Below, piece by piece: positions 36,278 to 50,600 of a stretch of 64,000 nucleotides of DNA (its first letter is position 1; every line of letters starts with the position of its first letter). Source of the stretch: Nemertoderma westbladi (taxonomy: Eukaryota; Animalia; Xenacoelomorpha); the NCBI GenBank assembly GCA_032718475.1, contig JAUCBJ010007522.1, forward strand, positions 62,001-126,000. Direction: 5' to 3'. The position numbers and the translations under genes were made by a program. A model generated the notes under the pieces. The model was given only the letters and a program-made list of their open reading frames with translations, made no database searches and was not told where the DNA came from.

Positions 36278-39200
36278 GGCCGGGGGGTACGAGACCAGCG
36301 GCCAGTTTCGACCCGGAATCTGTGACTTATTAACCGGATACGGGTAAACGCTATACGCTGGTAATCTGGTATGTATGGTCTTACATTGGTATAAATAGGA
36401 TGAACGGACAAGTCCTTGTTCAATATACATCTGTATGTGGCGAATTTTGTCGCTGATTCTGGTTTTTCCAAAACATGAGATTTCAGTCTTTCCATTGATA
36501 CGGTGGACACCGTAGCTTTTAGTAAGTAATTAAACCCTGGACTATTTGCACTTTTACAAAGGACAAAAGCCTGAGTGATTGGAGTGTTGGTGTCGCTCTT
36601 TTGTATTTTATTATAGAGTTTTTTTCTGGCAAGCATAAAACGGCCAGGAATTGGTAACAGGCCTAATTCAATCAGACAAATATCGTTTGGGGTTTGGTAA
36701 CGGACACAAGCTAATGATTTAACCATGCAACCATGCATATTAATAATATCTCTCAATAACTTTAAAATCGTTAGTGAGCCAACTTTCAGATGCATAAAGC
36801 AAGCTGGACAGAATAGCAGATTCTAGTACTTGCTTTTTGATGCGATATGGCATCGAGGAATTTACAGCACAGAAAATGCTGAATTTATTTACTGTTTCCT
36901 CTAGTTTCGGTTCTAGAATTTTAAATGTTAACGAGATTTTCCCTCCTCAGTGAAATAGCAACCCAGATAGTTATAACTAGTGCAGTGATTAATAAGTGTA
37001 CCATGAGATATGATAGGAAGCAACCCAGATGTTATAACTAGTGCAGTGATCAATAACTGTACCATGAGATATGATAGGAAGCAACCCAGATGTTATAACT
37101 AGTGCAGTGATTAATAACTGTACCATGAGATATGATAGGAAGCAACCCAGATGTTATAACTAGTGCAGTGATCAATAACTGTACCATGAGATATGATAGG
37201 AAGCAACCCAGATGTTATAACTAGTGCAGTGATTAATAACTGTACCATGAGATATGATAGGAAGCAACCCAGATGTTATAACTAGTGCAGTGATTAATAA
37301 CTGTACCATGAGATATGATAGGAAGCAACCCAGATGTTATAACTAGTGCAGTGATTAATATCTGTACCATGAGATATGATAGGAAGCAACCCAGATGTTA
37401 TAACTAGTGCAGTGATTAATAACTGTACCATGAGATATGATAGGAAGCAACCCAGATGTTATAACTAGTGCAGTGATTAATATCTGTACCATGAGATATG
37501 ATAGGAAGCAACCCAGATGTTATAACTAGTGCAGTGATTAATAACTGTACCATGAGATATGATAGGAAGCAACCCAGATGTTATAACTAGTGCAGTGATT
37601 AATAACTGTACCATGAGATATGATAGGAAGCAACCCAGATGTTATAACTAGTGCAGTGATTAATAACTGTACCATGAGATATGATAGGAAGCAACCCAGA
37701 TGTTATAACTAGTGCAGTGATTAATATCTGTACCATGAGATATGATAGGAAGCAACCCAGATGTTATAACTAGTGCAGTGATTAATAAGTGTACCATGAG
37801 ATATGATAGGAAGCAACCCAGATGTTATAACTAGTGCAGTGATTAATAAGTGTACCATGAGATATGATAGGAAGCAACCCAGATGTTATAACTAGTGCAG
37901 TGATTAATAAGTGTACCATGAGATATGATAGGAAGCAACCCAGATGTTATAACTAGTGCAGTGATTAATAAGTGTACCATGAGATATGATAGGAAGCAAC
38001 CCAGATGTTATAACTAGTGCAGTGATTAATAACTGTACCATGAGATATGATAGGAAGCAACCCAGATGTTATAACTAGTGCAGTGATTAATAACTGTACC
38101 ATGAGATATGATAGGAAGCAACCCAGATGTTATAACTAGTGCAGTGATTAATAACTGTACCATGAGATATGATAGGAAGCAACCCAGATGTTATAACTAG
38201 TGCAGTGATTAATAACTGTACCATGAGATATGATAGGAAGCAACCCAGATGTTATAACTAGTGCAGTGATTAATAACTGTACCATGAGATATGATAGGAA
38301 GCAACCCAGATGTTATAACTAGTGCAGTGATTAATAACTGTACCATGAGATATGATAGGAAGCAACCCAGATGTTATAACTAGTGCAGTGATTAATAACT
38401 GTACCAGTAGTATATATATTTGTACCATGAGATATGATAGGAAGCAACCCAGATAGTTATAACTAGTGCAGTGATTAATAACTGTACCAGTAGTATATAT
38501 ACTTGTACCATGAGATATGATAGGAAGCAACCCAGATGTTATAACTAGTGCAGTGATTAATAACTGTACCAGTAGTATATATACTTGTACCATGAGATAT
38601 GATAGGAAGCAACCCAGATGTTATAACTAGTGCAGTGATTAATAACTGTACCATGAGATATGATAGGAAGCAACCCAGATAGTTATAACTAGTGCAGTGA
38701 TTAATAACTGTACCATGAGATATGATAGGAAGCAACCCAGATAGTTATAACTAGTGCAGTGATTAATAACTGTACCAGTAGTATATATACTTGTACCATG
38801 AGATATGATAGGAAGCAACCCAGATGTTATAACTAGTGCAGTGATTAATAACTGTACCAGTAGTATATATACTTGTACCATGAGATATGATAGGAAGCAA
38901 CCCAGATGTTATAACTAGTGCAGTGATTAATAACTGTACCATGAGATATGATAGGAAGCAACCCAGATAGTTATAACTAGTGCAGTGATTAATAACTGTA
39001 CCAGTAGTATATATACTTGTACCATGAGATATGATAGGAAGCAACCCAGATAGTTATAACTAGTGCAGTGATTAATAACTGTACCAGTAGTATATATACT
39101 TGTACCATGAGATATGATAGGAAGCAACCCAGATAGTTATAACTAGTGCAGTGATTAATAACTGTACCAGTAGTATATATACTTGTACCATGAGATATGA

Positions 39201-39365
39201 TAGGAAGCAACCCAGATAGTTATAACTAGTGCAGTGATTAATAACTGTACCAGTAGTATATATACTTGTACCATGAGATATGATAGGAAGCAACCCAGAT
39301 AGTTATAACTAGTGCAGTGATTAATAAGTGTACCATGAGATATGATAGGAACTTGTTTTCGTAAA
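36278..39365 (-). pseudogene. Decayed LINE (CR1/L2-group) ORF2 C-terminal fragment, interrupted by a satellite derived from itself
   Basis: VPIISHGTLINHCTSYNYLGC-YF..., NKFSIFCAVNSSMPYRIKKQVLESAILSSLLYASESWL, RLISHRFRVETGRWSR. Confidence 0.75.
36958..39351. repeat. Tandem satellite, 61/62-bp unit with an 82/83-bp variant
   Basis: About 36 copies of GCAACCCAGATGTTATAACTAGTGCAGTGATTAATAACTGTACCATGAGATATGATAGGAA; a 21-bp insertion variant appears from about 38400. Confidence 0.97.
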
Positions 39366-41441
39366 TAGAGAACCAATGGCTGACGACGTAGTGATAGTGT
39401 TATTGTTTTTATCATACATAATAAGTGAAATCTGAAGCTTAAATAGGAGATGTAAGGGGATAATACCAAGGGATTTGTATAGCGGGCTAGGGGAGGACCG
39501 AGAGGGACTAAAAGTAATACAACGTAGCAGTTTGTTAATTAATTTTTGTTTGTAGCGGTTTCAGAGTTGTAGTGTATGTACCACCCCACAAGACTATGTT
39601 GAGTGTAAATATGGGGGTATATAATATATATACATATAGGGTTAAATATATTTGACGTAGAATTCGGACTGGAAAATGTTCCGTAATTTTTAAAATATGC
39701 CTGAAATTTTCGATATTTTTTTGAGAATGTATTAATTTTTAACGATAGCATTCATCCGTGAGCTAGGGCACCTTATACAGAAGGTATCTGGCAACAAAAA
39801 ATCGATTGAACACCTCCGTCAACGTTTAGGGGTTTGTATCCAGGTCGGTAATGCTGCATGCGTCAAAGAGTCCTTTGCTGCACATTCCCAGTCTTTTAGA
39901 GAAATTTTATTTAAATAGTGTCAGAGGAATCTAGCGTAAAAGCTAACGGGTCTGGAAGTTATGATCAGGACAATGTTGAAGATCCACAATTAGAATTAAC
40001 TCTAAGTATATAATTAACCAATGGATAACAAATTCTAGAATATAATCTTCATATATACAAATTTAAAAATTAATTTTTAATTAAAATTTAATTTGTTAAT
40101 GTTAATGCATGTTAATAATTAATTTCAAAGCCGATATTTAGTAAGCCGATATATTTCAGCCTCTCTCACCTGCTCCCATCCGGATACCATTGAGATTCGT
40201 CTGTAGAAGATAATTACAGTCGATTGTTTTTCCTCGTTTTTTTTTCCAAAAAACAAACACCGCCACTTGATCCAGGTCACCACTATGTTACCCCATATTC
40301 AATTGTTTCTAGCCCAACAATTTTTTCGCGCCCAACCCTATTGTCCATGGAACCAGAGCAGAACAAGCATAATGTTTATGAAATAAAGGTAAATTAATAG
40401 CCGTTTCATTAGTGTTTCTATGTTATTGTGAAGTAATTATAATTTTAATGAACATTTATTATCACATAAAATAACTTGGCCTTTTCATTCATTCAGTTAA
40501 AGTCATGAGTCGAATCGTCTTGGCCAAATTGTGTGGGACGAAACGACCGCACCGAAACCTCATAGGTCTATACGTCTGTATACCAGCTCAGGTACTACCC
40601 CAGCGCTACGAAATGGAATTTGAGAGCCCTTCTGTAACCATGAATTTTTAGTGAAGTCCTGATATTCACCAGCTGGGCTATTACAACACTTTAATTTTTC
40701 TCAATCAACATATTATTTGTTTTAAGAAAATTCAGGTAGGCCTATATCTAATGGTACATTTAATGGACATTCATCAAATAGAGTTCAACAATTGACTTAA
40801 CTTTAATAACTTTTTTCCAATAAATAAGACAATAATAATAATTAAACACAAAAATGTAAAGTACCAAAAATAAATAAACAACCCACCAAAGATATATTTT
40901 TACGGCAGATATCGAAAAAATACACAATAGGCCTATCTATACATTACTATAGGCCTATCTATACATTACACACACAGGTTGAATCCAATATATTGCCATC
41001 ATTATTTTCAGTTATTATTTAATATAAATTATTTTATTATTTAATATAATTTATGCACAGAAGCTTATCCAAAACTGTTGAATTTAGAGAGATTTGTGGC
41101 ATGATATTATTTATTAATTCTATTTTACATTGACTGCTATATGCCTTTCGTAACTTACACAATACATTATCATTAAATTAATCTCACTTCATTTGACGCT
41201 GTGAATTTCTCACATAAGTTTTTACTTTTTAACTATTTTTTGTGGTGTGTTATATAAATATTAGCTGCACCATTTATTGAAACACTCTACGAAAAATAGC
41301 AGTTTAATTAAAATTTATGTTACAAAGTGATTGCCACATATCGGAGACACGAATGCGCCGTTATAAATATAAAGAAACAGTTAAATTGACTGACTAGCGG
41401 TACCGGAACCGGTACCGGTACCGGAATTAAATTTATTAGAA

Positions 41442-42413
41442 ACCATTGTATACCAATGTACACCATTGTATACCAATGTACACCATTGTATACCAATGTA
41501 CACCATTGTATACCAATGTACACAATTGTATACCAATGTACACAATTGTATACCAATGTACACCATTGTATACCAATGTACACCATTGCATACCAATGTA
41601 CACCATTGTATACCAATGTACACCATTGTATACCAATGTACACAATTGTATACCAATGTACACCATTGTACACCAATGTACTCCATTGTATACCAATGTA
41701 CACAATTGTATACCAATGTACACCATTGTATACCAATGTACCTCTTTGTATACCAATGTACACCATTGCATACCAATGTACACCATTGTATACCAATGTA
41801 CACCATTGTATACCAATGTATACCATTGTATACCAATGTACACAATTGTATACCAATGTACACCATTGTATACCAATGTACCTCTTTGTATACCAATGTA
41901 CATCATTGTATACCAATGTACACCATTGTACACCAATGTACACCATTGTACACCAATGTACTCCATTGTATACCAATGTACACAATTGTATACCAATGTA
42001 CACCATTGTATACCAATGTACCTCTTTGTATACCAATGTACACAATTGCATACCAATGTACACCATTGTATACCAATGTACACCATTGTATACCAATGTA
42101 CACCATTGTATACCAATGTACACAATTGTATACCAATGTACACCATTGTATACCAATGTACCTCTTTGTATACCAATGTACATCACTGTATACCAATGTA
42201 CACCCTTGTACACCAATGTGCACCATTGTATACCAATGTACACCATTGTATACCAATGTACACAATTGTATACCAATGTACACCATTGTATACCAATGTA
42301 CCTCTTTGTATACCAATGTACACCATTGCATACCAATGTACACCATTGTATACCAATGTACATCATTGTATACCAATGTACACCATTGTACACCAATGTA
42401 CACCATTGTATAC
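41442..42413. repeat. 20-bp minisatellite (TACCAATGTACACCATTGTA), made of two related 10-mers
   Basis: About 48 tandem copies; the array stops abruptly at the TG of the BEL-3 LTR. Confidence 0.97.
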
Positions 42414-42528
42414 TGTTAATGCCACTAGTGAATGGCATTTACCTCGCAGGCTCGCCCCATATTGTTAATTTACTTCTGCCAGGGAATTATTATGTTATAC
42501 GGCAAGGGCCATGCAGAATAGCTCTGAT

Positions 42529-45063
42529 AATAATAATAATAATAATAAAATAAATTTGTATAGCGCCAAATTTACAATATTTAAACAGTACGCTAAGGCG
42601 CTTAAGTCACTATCTAGAGATATTGGTACATAGCGATAAAGTACGATAAACGAATATAATAAACTCAATTAATGCACCAAATACAGACAAATTAGTGATA
42701 AAGTAAAATATTTTGGATATTAAAACGGACAAGTAAGCGATATGTAAAATATATGATAAATATATGTCATAAAAAATATGTAAAATATTTAGAGCATTAA
42801 AATAAAACCGGCAAATTTTGATAATGTTACACAATTGGGGCATTAAAAACAGGCAGATATGTGACACGACAACGATCAGCATAAGTTCAGTGATACAATT
42901 ACAAATACTTAAATTAATTACTACAAATTGACAATGCAGTTTGTAATTTTATTGCGTGGCGAAAAGTATCAAAATAAGACAAATTCGTGATCAACTATAA
43001 GCAAAATAATTAATTAAGGATTTAAAACGGACAATTAAGTGACAAACGAATAAGTAAAATATTTAGAGCATTAAAACCGGCAAATTTTGATAACGTTACA
43101 CAATTGGGGCATTAAAAAACAGGCAGATATGTGACACGACAACGATCAGCATAAGTTCAGTGATACAATTACAGATACTTAAATTAATTACTACAAATTG
43201 ACAATGCAGTTTGTAATTTTATTGCGTGGCGAAAAGTATCAAAATAAGACAAATTCGTGATCAACTAATATAAGCAAAATAATTAATTAAGGATTTAAAA
43301 CGGACAATTAAGTGACAAACGAATAAGTAAAATATTTAGAGCATTAAAACCGGCAAATTTTGATAACGCTACACAATTGGGGCATTAAAAAACAGGCAGA
43401 TATGTGACACGACAACGATCAATATAAAGTTCAGTAATACAATTACGAATACTTCAATAAATAAAACGGTTCAATCAACAGTTCAGTTCAAATTTTCAAT
43501 ATAAGTAAAATTAATTAGAGCTTAAAAGAAAAAAGTTTGTACGATATACAATGCAGTATACATACCAACATTATTAGAGCATTAAAAGACAGTTCAATGA
43601 AGCAAATTAGATAATATAATTAAATTAAATACTAGAGGTATTCGAAACTAATTATGCGTATGCCATGGAGAAAAGGTATGTTTTGAGTCGTCGCTTGAAG
43701 GTCGGTGTATCGGAAATCGAACGGATATCTGTGGGGAGTTTATTCCAGAGTCTGGGGGCGGCTATGGGGAAGGCCCGACGGCCCAAAGTTTGGCAGTTAA
43801 AACGCGGTTCGACGAGCGAGAGTGAAGTGCACCTTCGGGTTGTGTGGTTTGCGTAGGTCACCGGGGTTAGCATTTCGCGGATGTACTGTGGTGCTCGTTG
43901 CGATCGGGACTTGTGAACGAGGAGAAGTAATTTGAATTCGATGCGTTTCCGAACTGGTAGCCAATGTAATTGCTTGAGACTCGGAGTGATGTGATCGTAT
44001 TTGTGAACCTTGGTTAGTAGACGTGCAGCCGAGTTTTGTACGCGTTGCAACTTTGCAAGTTGGTAGCCAGGTACACCGTAGAGAAGACCGTTACAGTAAT
44101 CGATACGGCTTGATATGAGCGAGTGTATGATGGTTTCTGCAGACTTCTGGTCGAGAAAGTTAGCGATGCGTCGAATATTGTGGAAGTGGAAGAAGGCTGC
44201 GCTACAAGTTTTTGTTATGAACTTGCTCATGGTTAGACCAGGATCGAGCCATGCACCAAGGTTCTTCACCGATTTTGCTGGATATATTTCAAAGTCCCCA
44301 ACACGAATAGACTTAGTAGTTAGTTTAGATAATTGTTGCGGGGTTCCTAATATTATAAACTCGGTTTTGTCATCGTTTATTTTTAGTTTATTTTCGATGA
44401 ACCATTCGCGCAAATCTGCGATGCAATTTTCTAGAGCTTTTAGTGCATCGGCTTCATCGGATTCGTTAGTTGGCTGAAATGCGTGGTAGGTTTGTTTATC
44501 ATCTGCATATCCATGTAAAGCAATCGGTAAGTGTCGCTCGATGATTTTAAATAGCCCTCTGCCAAAGTTCCCAAAGTAGTGACATGATGAGCAAGCTCCC
44601 TGGGGAAAACCATATTCTAGTAAGTGATCCTTAGAGTTCGAACCCAATGTTGTTACGTGTTGATGACGTCCTCGGAGAAACGATGAAAACCAACGGAGAC
44701 AGGTGCCACAAATTCCCAGGTCCGACTCGAATACGTTCAATAGCCGATCGTGGTCTACAGTGTCGAAGGCGGCACTTAGATCTAGTAGCACTAGAAATGT
44801 CACCTTCTTGTTGTCCATGTTGATAAGGATATCGGATTGAACTTTAATTAAGGCTGTTTCGGTACTGTGGAATCGTCGATATCCCGATTCAGTGCATGGT
44901 AAAGGATGGTGTTCATCAATGTATGGTAGGAATTGTGACATTACTGCTCGCTCTGCAATTTTTGATACAAATGGTAAACCACTTACAGGTCGAAAATTGG
45001 ATTTTATAATCGAGTTCAAATTAGTTTTCTTTAAAGTCGGCGTGACTGTTGCCGTTTTCCGTT
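42529..45063 (-). mobile_element. 5'-truncated L2-clade LINE inserted in the BEL-3 5' LTR
   Basis: TGAT duplicated at 42525-42528 and 45064-45067; the uninterrupted site is visible in the 3' LTR. 3' tail GCGCTATACAAAT...(ATT)n; ~274-bp tandem repeats in the 3' UTR. Confidence 0.9.
43652..45063 (-). CDS. LINE reverse transcriptase (partial ORF2)
   Basis: NFRPVSGLPFVSK, HSTETAL, LLDLSAAFDTVDH, YADD, LKINDDKTE, KNLG, SRIDYCN, LHWLPV motifs in one open frame. Confidence 0.92.
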
Positions 45064-47677
45064 TGATTGGCTAATACCCATTTGCATTCAGCTTACCAGC
45101 CCCAGCCTATATAGCATTATATCAGTTGGTCAGCCTAACTATTGAAGATTTATTAGTTAACAGCTCACTAGCTGTTAGTAGATTTGTGGGTCGGAATATT
45201 CACGTCAATTCGTGATATTGCCGATGTCAATTTGTGATATTGATTCGTATTATGTCGATTTATTGTTTGTCGATTAATTAATTTGTTATATCAGTTGAAT
45301 TATTGCGATTTATGTTATTATTATGTTATCGATAAAGATAAAGAGAATGGATTCAAGTCATTCTGTTGTTGATTAACGTTGGTAGCACAATAACATTGAG
45401 GTTGGTGGTCTATAGACTGTACGGTATTGCAACTCATCGCACTGGGGTGTACGTGTTACAGTATTGTCATATGACGCCTAATATTAATAGCAAACTAACA
45501 TATTTTAATACGTGCACAAAATTAATTCCTGTGACATCGGTATCTCGGATTGTCAGTTTCATAAATCCGACTTCCATAAGTCTCGAATGAATACAGTTTT
45601 CAGTTAGACATAAAGACGTAAGCAGCCCAGATACACAACTTAAAGGAACTATTTATACGGGGTTTCAAATCTGTTTATAGTAACGCCAGTTTTATATGCA
45701 ACAATAAATTATTCTACGAGTACAAGTAACGGTTACTAGCGCCCGTTTCTTGTATATACAGCTGGTCGTAAGTTTAGGCTCATTATTTGCAAAATTGAAT
45801 TGTAGCGCTAACAGTGAATATTTAACTCAGTGAAGATTTCGCCAGCGAATATTATCCACCTGGTGAATTTTTCTCCTCGCATTTATTGTTGCATTGTCCT
45901 TATCTGTAATTCTAGAGTAGGCTATTTAGGACTGCGCACCCTGAATAGAATATTTTAAGTTTACAACTGTCGGTGTTATAAATTGATTTACTGTGTATAG
46001 AATAGGAGTTGTAAAAATTTATTTACCTGAATGTTTACATTTACAGTATGTACATTTATTGTTGTAGCATTTAATAGTTCAGTGTAGATTCTGCACTCAA
46101 ATATTTCAAGCGGCTAACGAACTGCGTGTCCCCCACCTTTTTGATAGGACGTCCCGCACGTCCCTTGCGTAATTATATCTCGCTTGGTGTCAATCTCGTC
46201 TTAATAGTAAATCGAGTATCTATCTAAATATTCTGGGAGAGGTATTTGAAGAAATTTTTCTGTACTGTGTTGTTTGTGTTTCGATTGTGAATTGCTTATT
46301 TGTGAGTGTGATTTCAGGTGACTGAATGTGTTTGTGCTGTTCCCGTCTTGACTGCATGAAAACTGGATTAATTGGTCCCATATCAATCCTGTTGGTGTTC
46401 GGTATAGTGAGTACGTTTAAGGGATTTGAACGCTCAGTTGTATTGCGTTCAGCGGCAGATCGACAGTAAGATTCCTAGCTACGTGCGAATAGGGTATCGA
46501 TGATCGTTGGGTAACTGAGCAGACGTATTTCTTATTGTAAGCACGAGTTCCTGATATCAAGTTATTAAATTTTGCTTACCAGCGGGTAAGGCTAAGCAAA
46601 ATTTATTCCTGTGGACAGCAGTGTTTGTTTGAAAATTGTATGCAATTAAAGAATTTCTCCCTTGACGCTGTTCGGTTTCGGAGGCTGGGGAAACTTCCAC
46701 GTGTCAGACTCGACGTTGTAAATCTATGCAGGTCTCGGCGTACCATAAGTCTATGTGTGTTCGTAACCTGACAGTGGAATTGTGTGCGACAGATTGATAA
46801 ATATTGTTGAAAGCAAAATGCGAAGTCCCAAAATAGTTGGAATTAAATTCCAGCTATAAACATAAATTTACTCCCCTGATAAATCTAACCCGTTAAATTG
46901 TCCTATCCATTTATTGTAATATTTTGATTTGTAATATTTTGATTTGTAATAATTTTCTTTGTATATTAAGTACGCATTATCATTAGGTACATTCTATTGT
47001 ATTATCATTCTGTAGTAGATTAATTTATATTGCAGGAATATAAGAATAATCTATATACCAAAGCAATTTGGTCACATTTATTTCATAGACATACGGCATC
47101 AATATAACTTGTCTATATCATTCATTACAGGCATACAAGTTACTCGGAACTGCCAATATATCGAATTAACTTCCCTGCAGTCGACCCAGTTACTGTTAGT
47201 CTATATTGGAACATTGCCAAGAGAGTACAATACAATAGCTTGTAACAGAAAGCTTTAACATCAGCCCATACTGCCTTGATAATTATTGTAGGTAACTGAG
47301 CGAACAAGGAGGGCCATTTGTTATCTCCTCTGACTGCCTTAGTATAAGCCATTTACTGTCAAGCCCTATTAAATTGAATTATCCATATAGGCATCGCCAA
47401 TCAGATAGCTACAGTAGCTTCCACCAGTGTAATTTCATCTGAGGGTGTTAGGCAAAGGCGACTCCTTACGGGAATATCCAGCACTAGCATTTCTTTAACT
47501 AGCACTTGTTATCTTTCTATCAGTAGGTGGCGTGGCTTATTTCTGTTGCAGAAATCAACTGACTGACAAGCTATATATACTGCATTAATAATTATTAATT
47601 ATTTGCAGGCGCTACAGTTTATAAATAAATTATAGATTGGATCTTTTTAATTAATTATATTTAATTAATTAATTAAC

Positions 47678-50600
47678 ATGGATGATCATAAATCTACTTT
47701 AAATAACAATTCTTTTATGTCCGCACCCAGTAATGCTTCTAGTAGTGATGGGTTTGAAGTCCGTGACAAGATTTTGAGAACCCCTCCTCCAGCAAGAAGT
47801 CCAGCAGCTGTACATCCCCCAGTTAGAATACATAGTAGGGAAGTCCAAATAACTGACACACGGCTTGTAGATCGTCGTAGATCTGTGATCGGCACTAGGG
47901 CACAGAGTAAAAGGAAAGGGTTAGTACAGGCAAGTAAGGACACTGAGTTGGACAAAGACTTGCAAAAATGGAAAAATAAGACTTCCCAGCGAGAACAAGC
48001 AGCAAGTGTGGACGTCAGAACACAAAGAAGTCCCACTTATAGTAGTGACAGTTCCAATTCTGACAGGGATGGTATTTACAGCAGAAATGACATGAACATG
48101 ACTGTATTGCCTGACAATGAAATTATACAAGGTAACCAGGCCTCTCATAATACAATAGGTGGACCGATAATAGGTGAGGCTTCACACCCCCAATCTGAAT
48201 CCATTCCAGCTAGTGTAAGTGAAGTCAGTTCATCTAAAGGTTCTGGTTCTGACACCTCGTTTAAAGATCCCTTAACGAGGCTGCCACCGAATCAATTAAT
48301 CCGCCTGCTAGAGGCAATAGAGACTTATAAACCAACATCACAACACTCCATGCGGGATATTCTGCCGGTGAGTTTCAAAGAGAGGTATTACGCCAGCACA
48401 ATTTCCCCAAGTTACACAGGTTTTTTAACCTAGGTGATGCTACTGTAGAAGAGTTACAAAAATTAAAAATGCAAAATCAGTGACAGAATCCATGACTTAT
48501 CAAAGGATGGCGAGAACATTTAAGCAAGGCTTTAGTAAACAAATTGAGCAACTTAAAATTCGACTCCATGCTGAGCGGAGTACACAAGTTATTGATCACT
48601 CATTAGATTTCGAAGTGGTGCAGAGAGTGTTGCGTATAAGAATAATTTTTTCGGCATTCCATGAAGTGGCACTAAGACTTCAGGATTCTGTTTTGGATAA
48701 ATTGATAAACGACTTACTCAAAGAAGTGGTTGTCCTATCCAAATCTGTTCTAGAATACAAACAAGAAGTCCCAGTAGATGTCATCTCACAACTGACAGAT
48801 CAAATAGAAATCGTGGGAGAAACAGAATTGCGCCGGCGATTGCAGGGCCTGAACCCAAGGAGTAAACAAGCTAGACGGGTGTTGGAAGACATTGACCGAC
48901 TGGGCAAAGAGCGTGCTTTGGAGCAACTGGAATTAGATGCTGCTCAGAAAAGGAGGAAGCAACAGGTGATCGAACTAGAATTAGAGGCCGAAGCAGATAA
49001 AATTAATGCCAAAGCCGAGGCAGATAGAATTAAGGCCGAAGCCGAGGCAGAGAAAATTAAGGCCGAAGCTGATACAGAGAAAATTAAGGCTGAAGCTGAG
49101 GCAGAGAAAATTAAGGCCGACCAATTAAGGGCATTGGAACTCGAACGAAAGAAAGCGGCTTTAGCTGCAGAGGATGAAATGGCAAGAAAAAGGGAGGAGA
49201 TACAAAGGAAATTCTCTTCGCTTGACAAAGAACGGATCACCCGGAAGGCCACTTACTTCTCCTCATCAGATGAGGGTGCAAGTGATAGTGACATAAGCAA
49301 AGTCTATTCCTCGAGGGCCGAGAACAGTCGCAGAAAGCGAGCATCGTTATTCCGGATGCCGGATATGCCACCGAGATCTAACCCACATGCATATTCTGAC
49401 GCCTGCCAAAGTGACACATCCTCTCTAAAACAATCTGCCCCCTTGGTTACCATTATAGATGTTGATGAGGAAGCTGAAGCTGAACCTGGTCCAGATATGT
49501 CAGTTCCAGCGCAATTGACAAACAATAAAATATCAAATAATAAACAACTAAAGGTAACTCTAGTAACTGGTAAGACACCCGAACTTAATCATAATAACCC
49601 TGGCTATGGAACCGCAGCTATGTCGGCAGTAGCTCAGGCTGGACCCGCAGGTAAGACACATGGATTGAACCAGACTAAACATACTACTGTAAGTTTTGTA
49701 CAAGGTGAGAAGACTATTAGTGACCCATGTATGTCCAGCACAGTCAGAGTTCCCCGGAATGAGCGTGTTTCCTTTGAGAGTGGTTTGTCACCGATTAGTC
49801 ACCGTAGATTGGCCATTGAAGGAACCGATGAGACCCATGGATCCGCAGATATGTCGGAAGTGGTCATTGGTGAGCAAGGGGCCCATCCTGAACGTGAACA
49901 GTTAAGGAGGACCAATGAAACAGGTAAAGTATGTAGGCCAAAAAACATTATTAAACCAATGGATAGTGAGATAACTAGAACCCAAATTGAGGAAGGCAAA
50001 AGGGTGCAACAGGGTCTGCGAGACACCATCTCAGAGTTAAGACATACATTAGGAAATAATGGTGAGTTTGCAAATACATATGCAGAAAATCTAAACGAAT
50101 TAAAGGGAGTGCAAGATGAAATTTTGAGGTTAAATAAAGTGAAGGAAGCTGATCTAAATAAACTCCGAGAGAATGATATAGTATTTGAAAGAAAACAAAA
50201 TGAAATATATTATTCCACTCAAGTTCTGGAGGGAATTCAACAACAACTAGTAACTGCTCAAGATACATTAGCTGCGATTAATAACCAATTACCATCATCA
50301 GAAAATGTTAGAATTGGGCAGAATGTACACATTCTTCAAAGATCAGCGCAAGCTACTGGTATGCATGCAGAAAACATAGCAACCATGAGGACCCAAATGA
50401 GAGACACTGATCAACCACCTATTGACCCATTCTTGAACCCTAATCCCATGCAAGTACCACCTAATGTTACCCGGCCACCAGATAGCCTTGGTAATTTATC
50501 GACATCTTTTCTTAACCTCTCAATTCAAGAAAGCCTGAGTAGACAAATGGCCAGACAGGTTGTAACTGGAGGTGAAACGATAAAATTTAATGGAGATGCA

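Larger units (their letters stand above)
42414..45813 (+). repeat. 5' LTR of BEL-3, split by the LINE insertion; 3' boundary inferred
   Basis: 42414-42528 plus 45068-45354 match 63591-64000. AATAAA at about 45704. TAACA ending at 45813 mirrors the TGTTA start. Confidence 0.7.

Noticed and set aside
36958-39351. CRISPR array
   Set aside because: Head-to-tail repeats without unique spacers, no cas genes, eukaryotic TE context.
38270-39469. Multiple repetitive ORFs
   Set aside because: Translations of the satellite units, not genes.
40170-40200. 31-nt micro-exon on the minus strand (TTCTACAG|...|GTGAGA)
   Set aside because: Good splice signals, but too short to support without transcript data.
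41320-42553. Long ORFs in all six frames
   Set aside because: Artefact of a stop-free 20-bp minisatellite.
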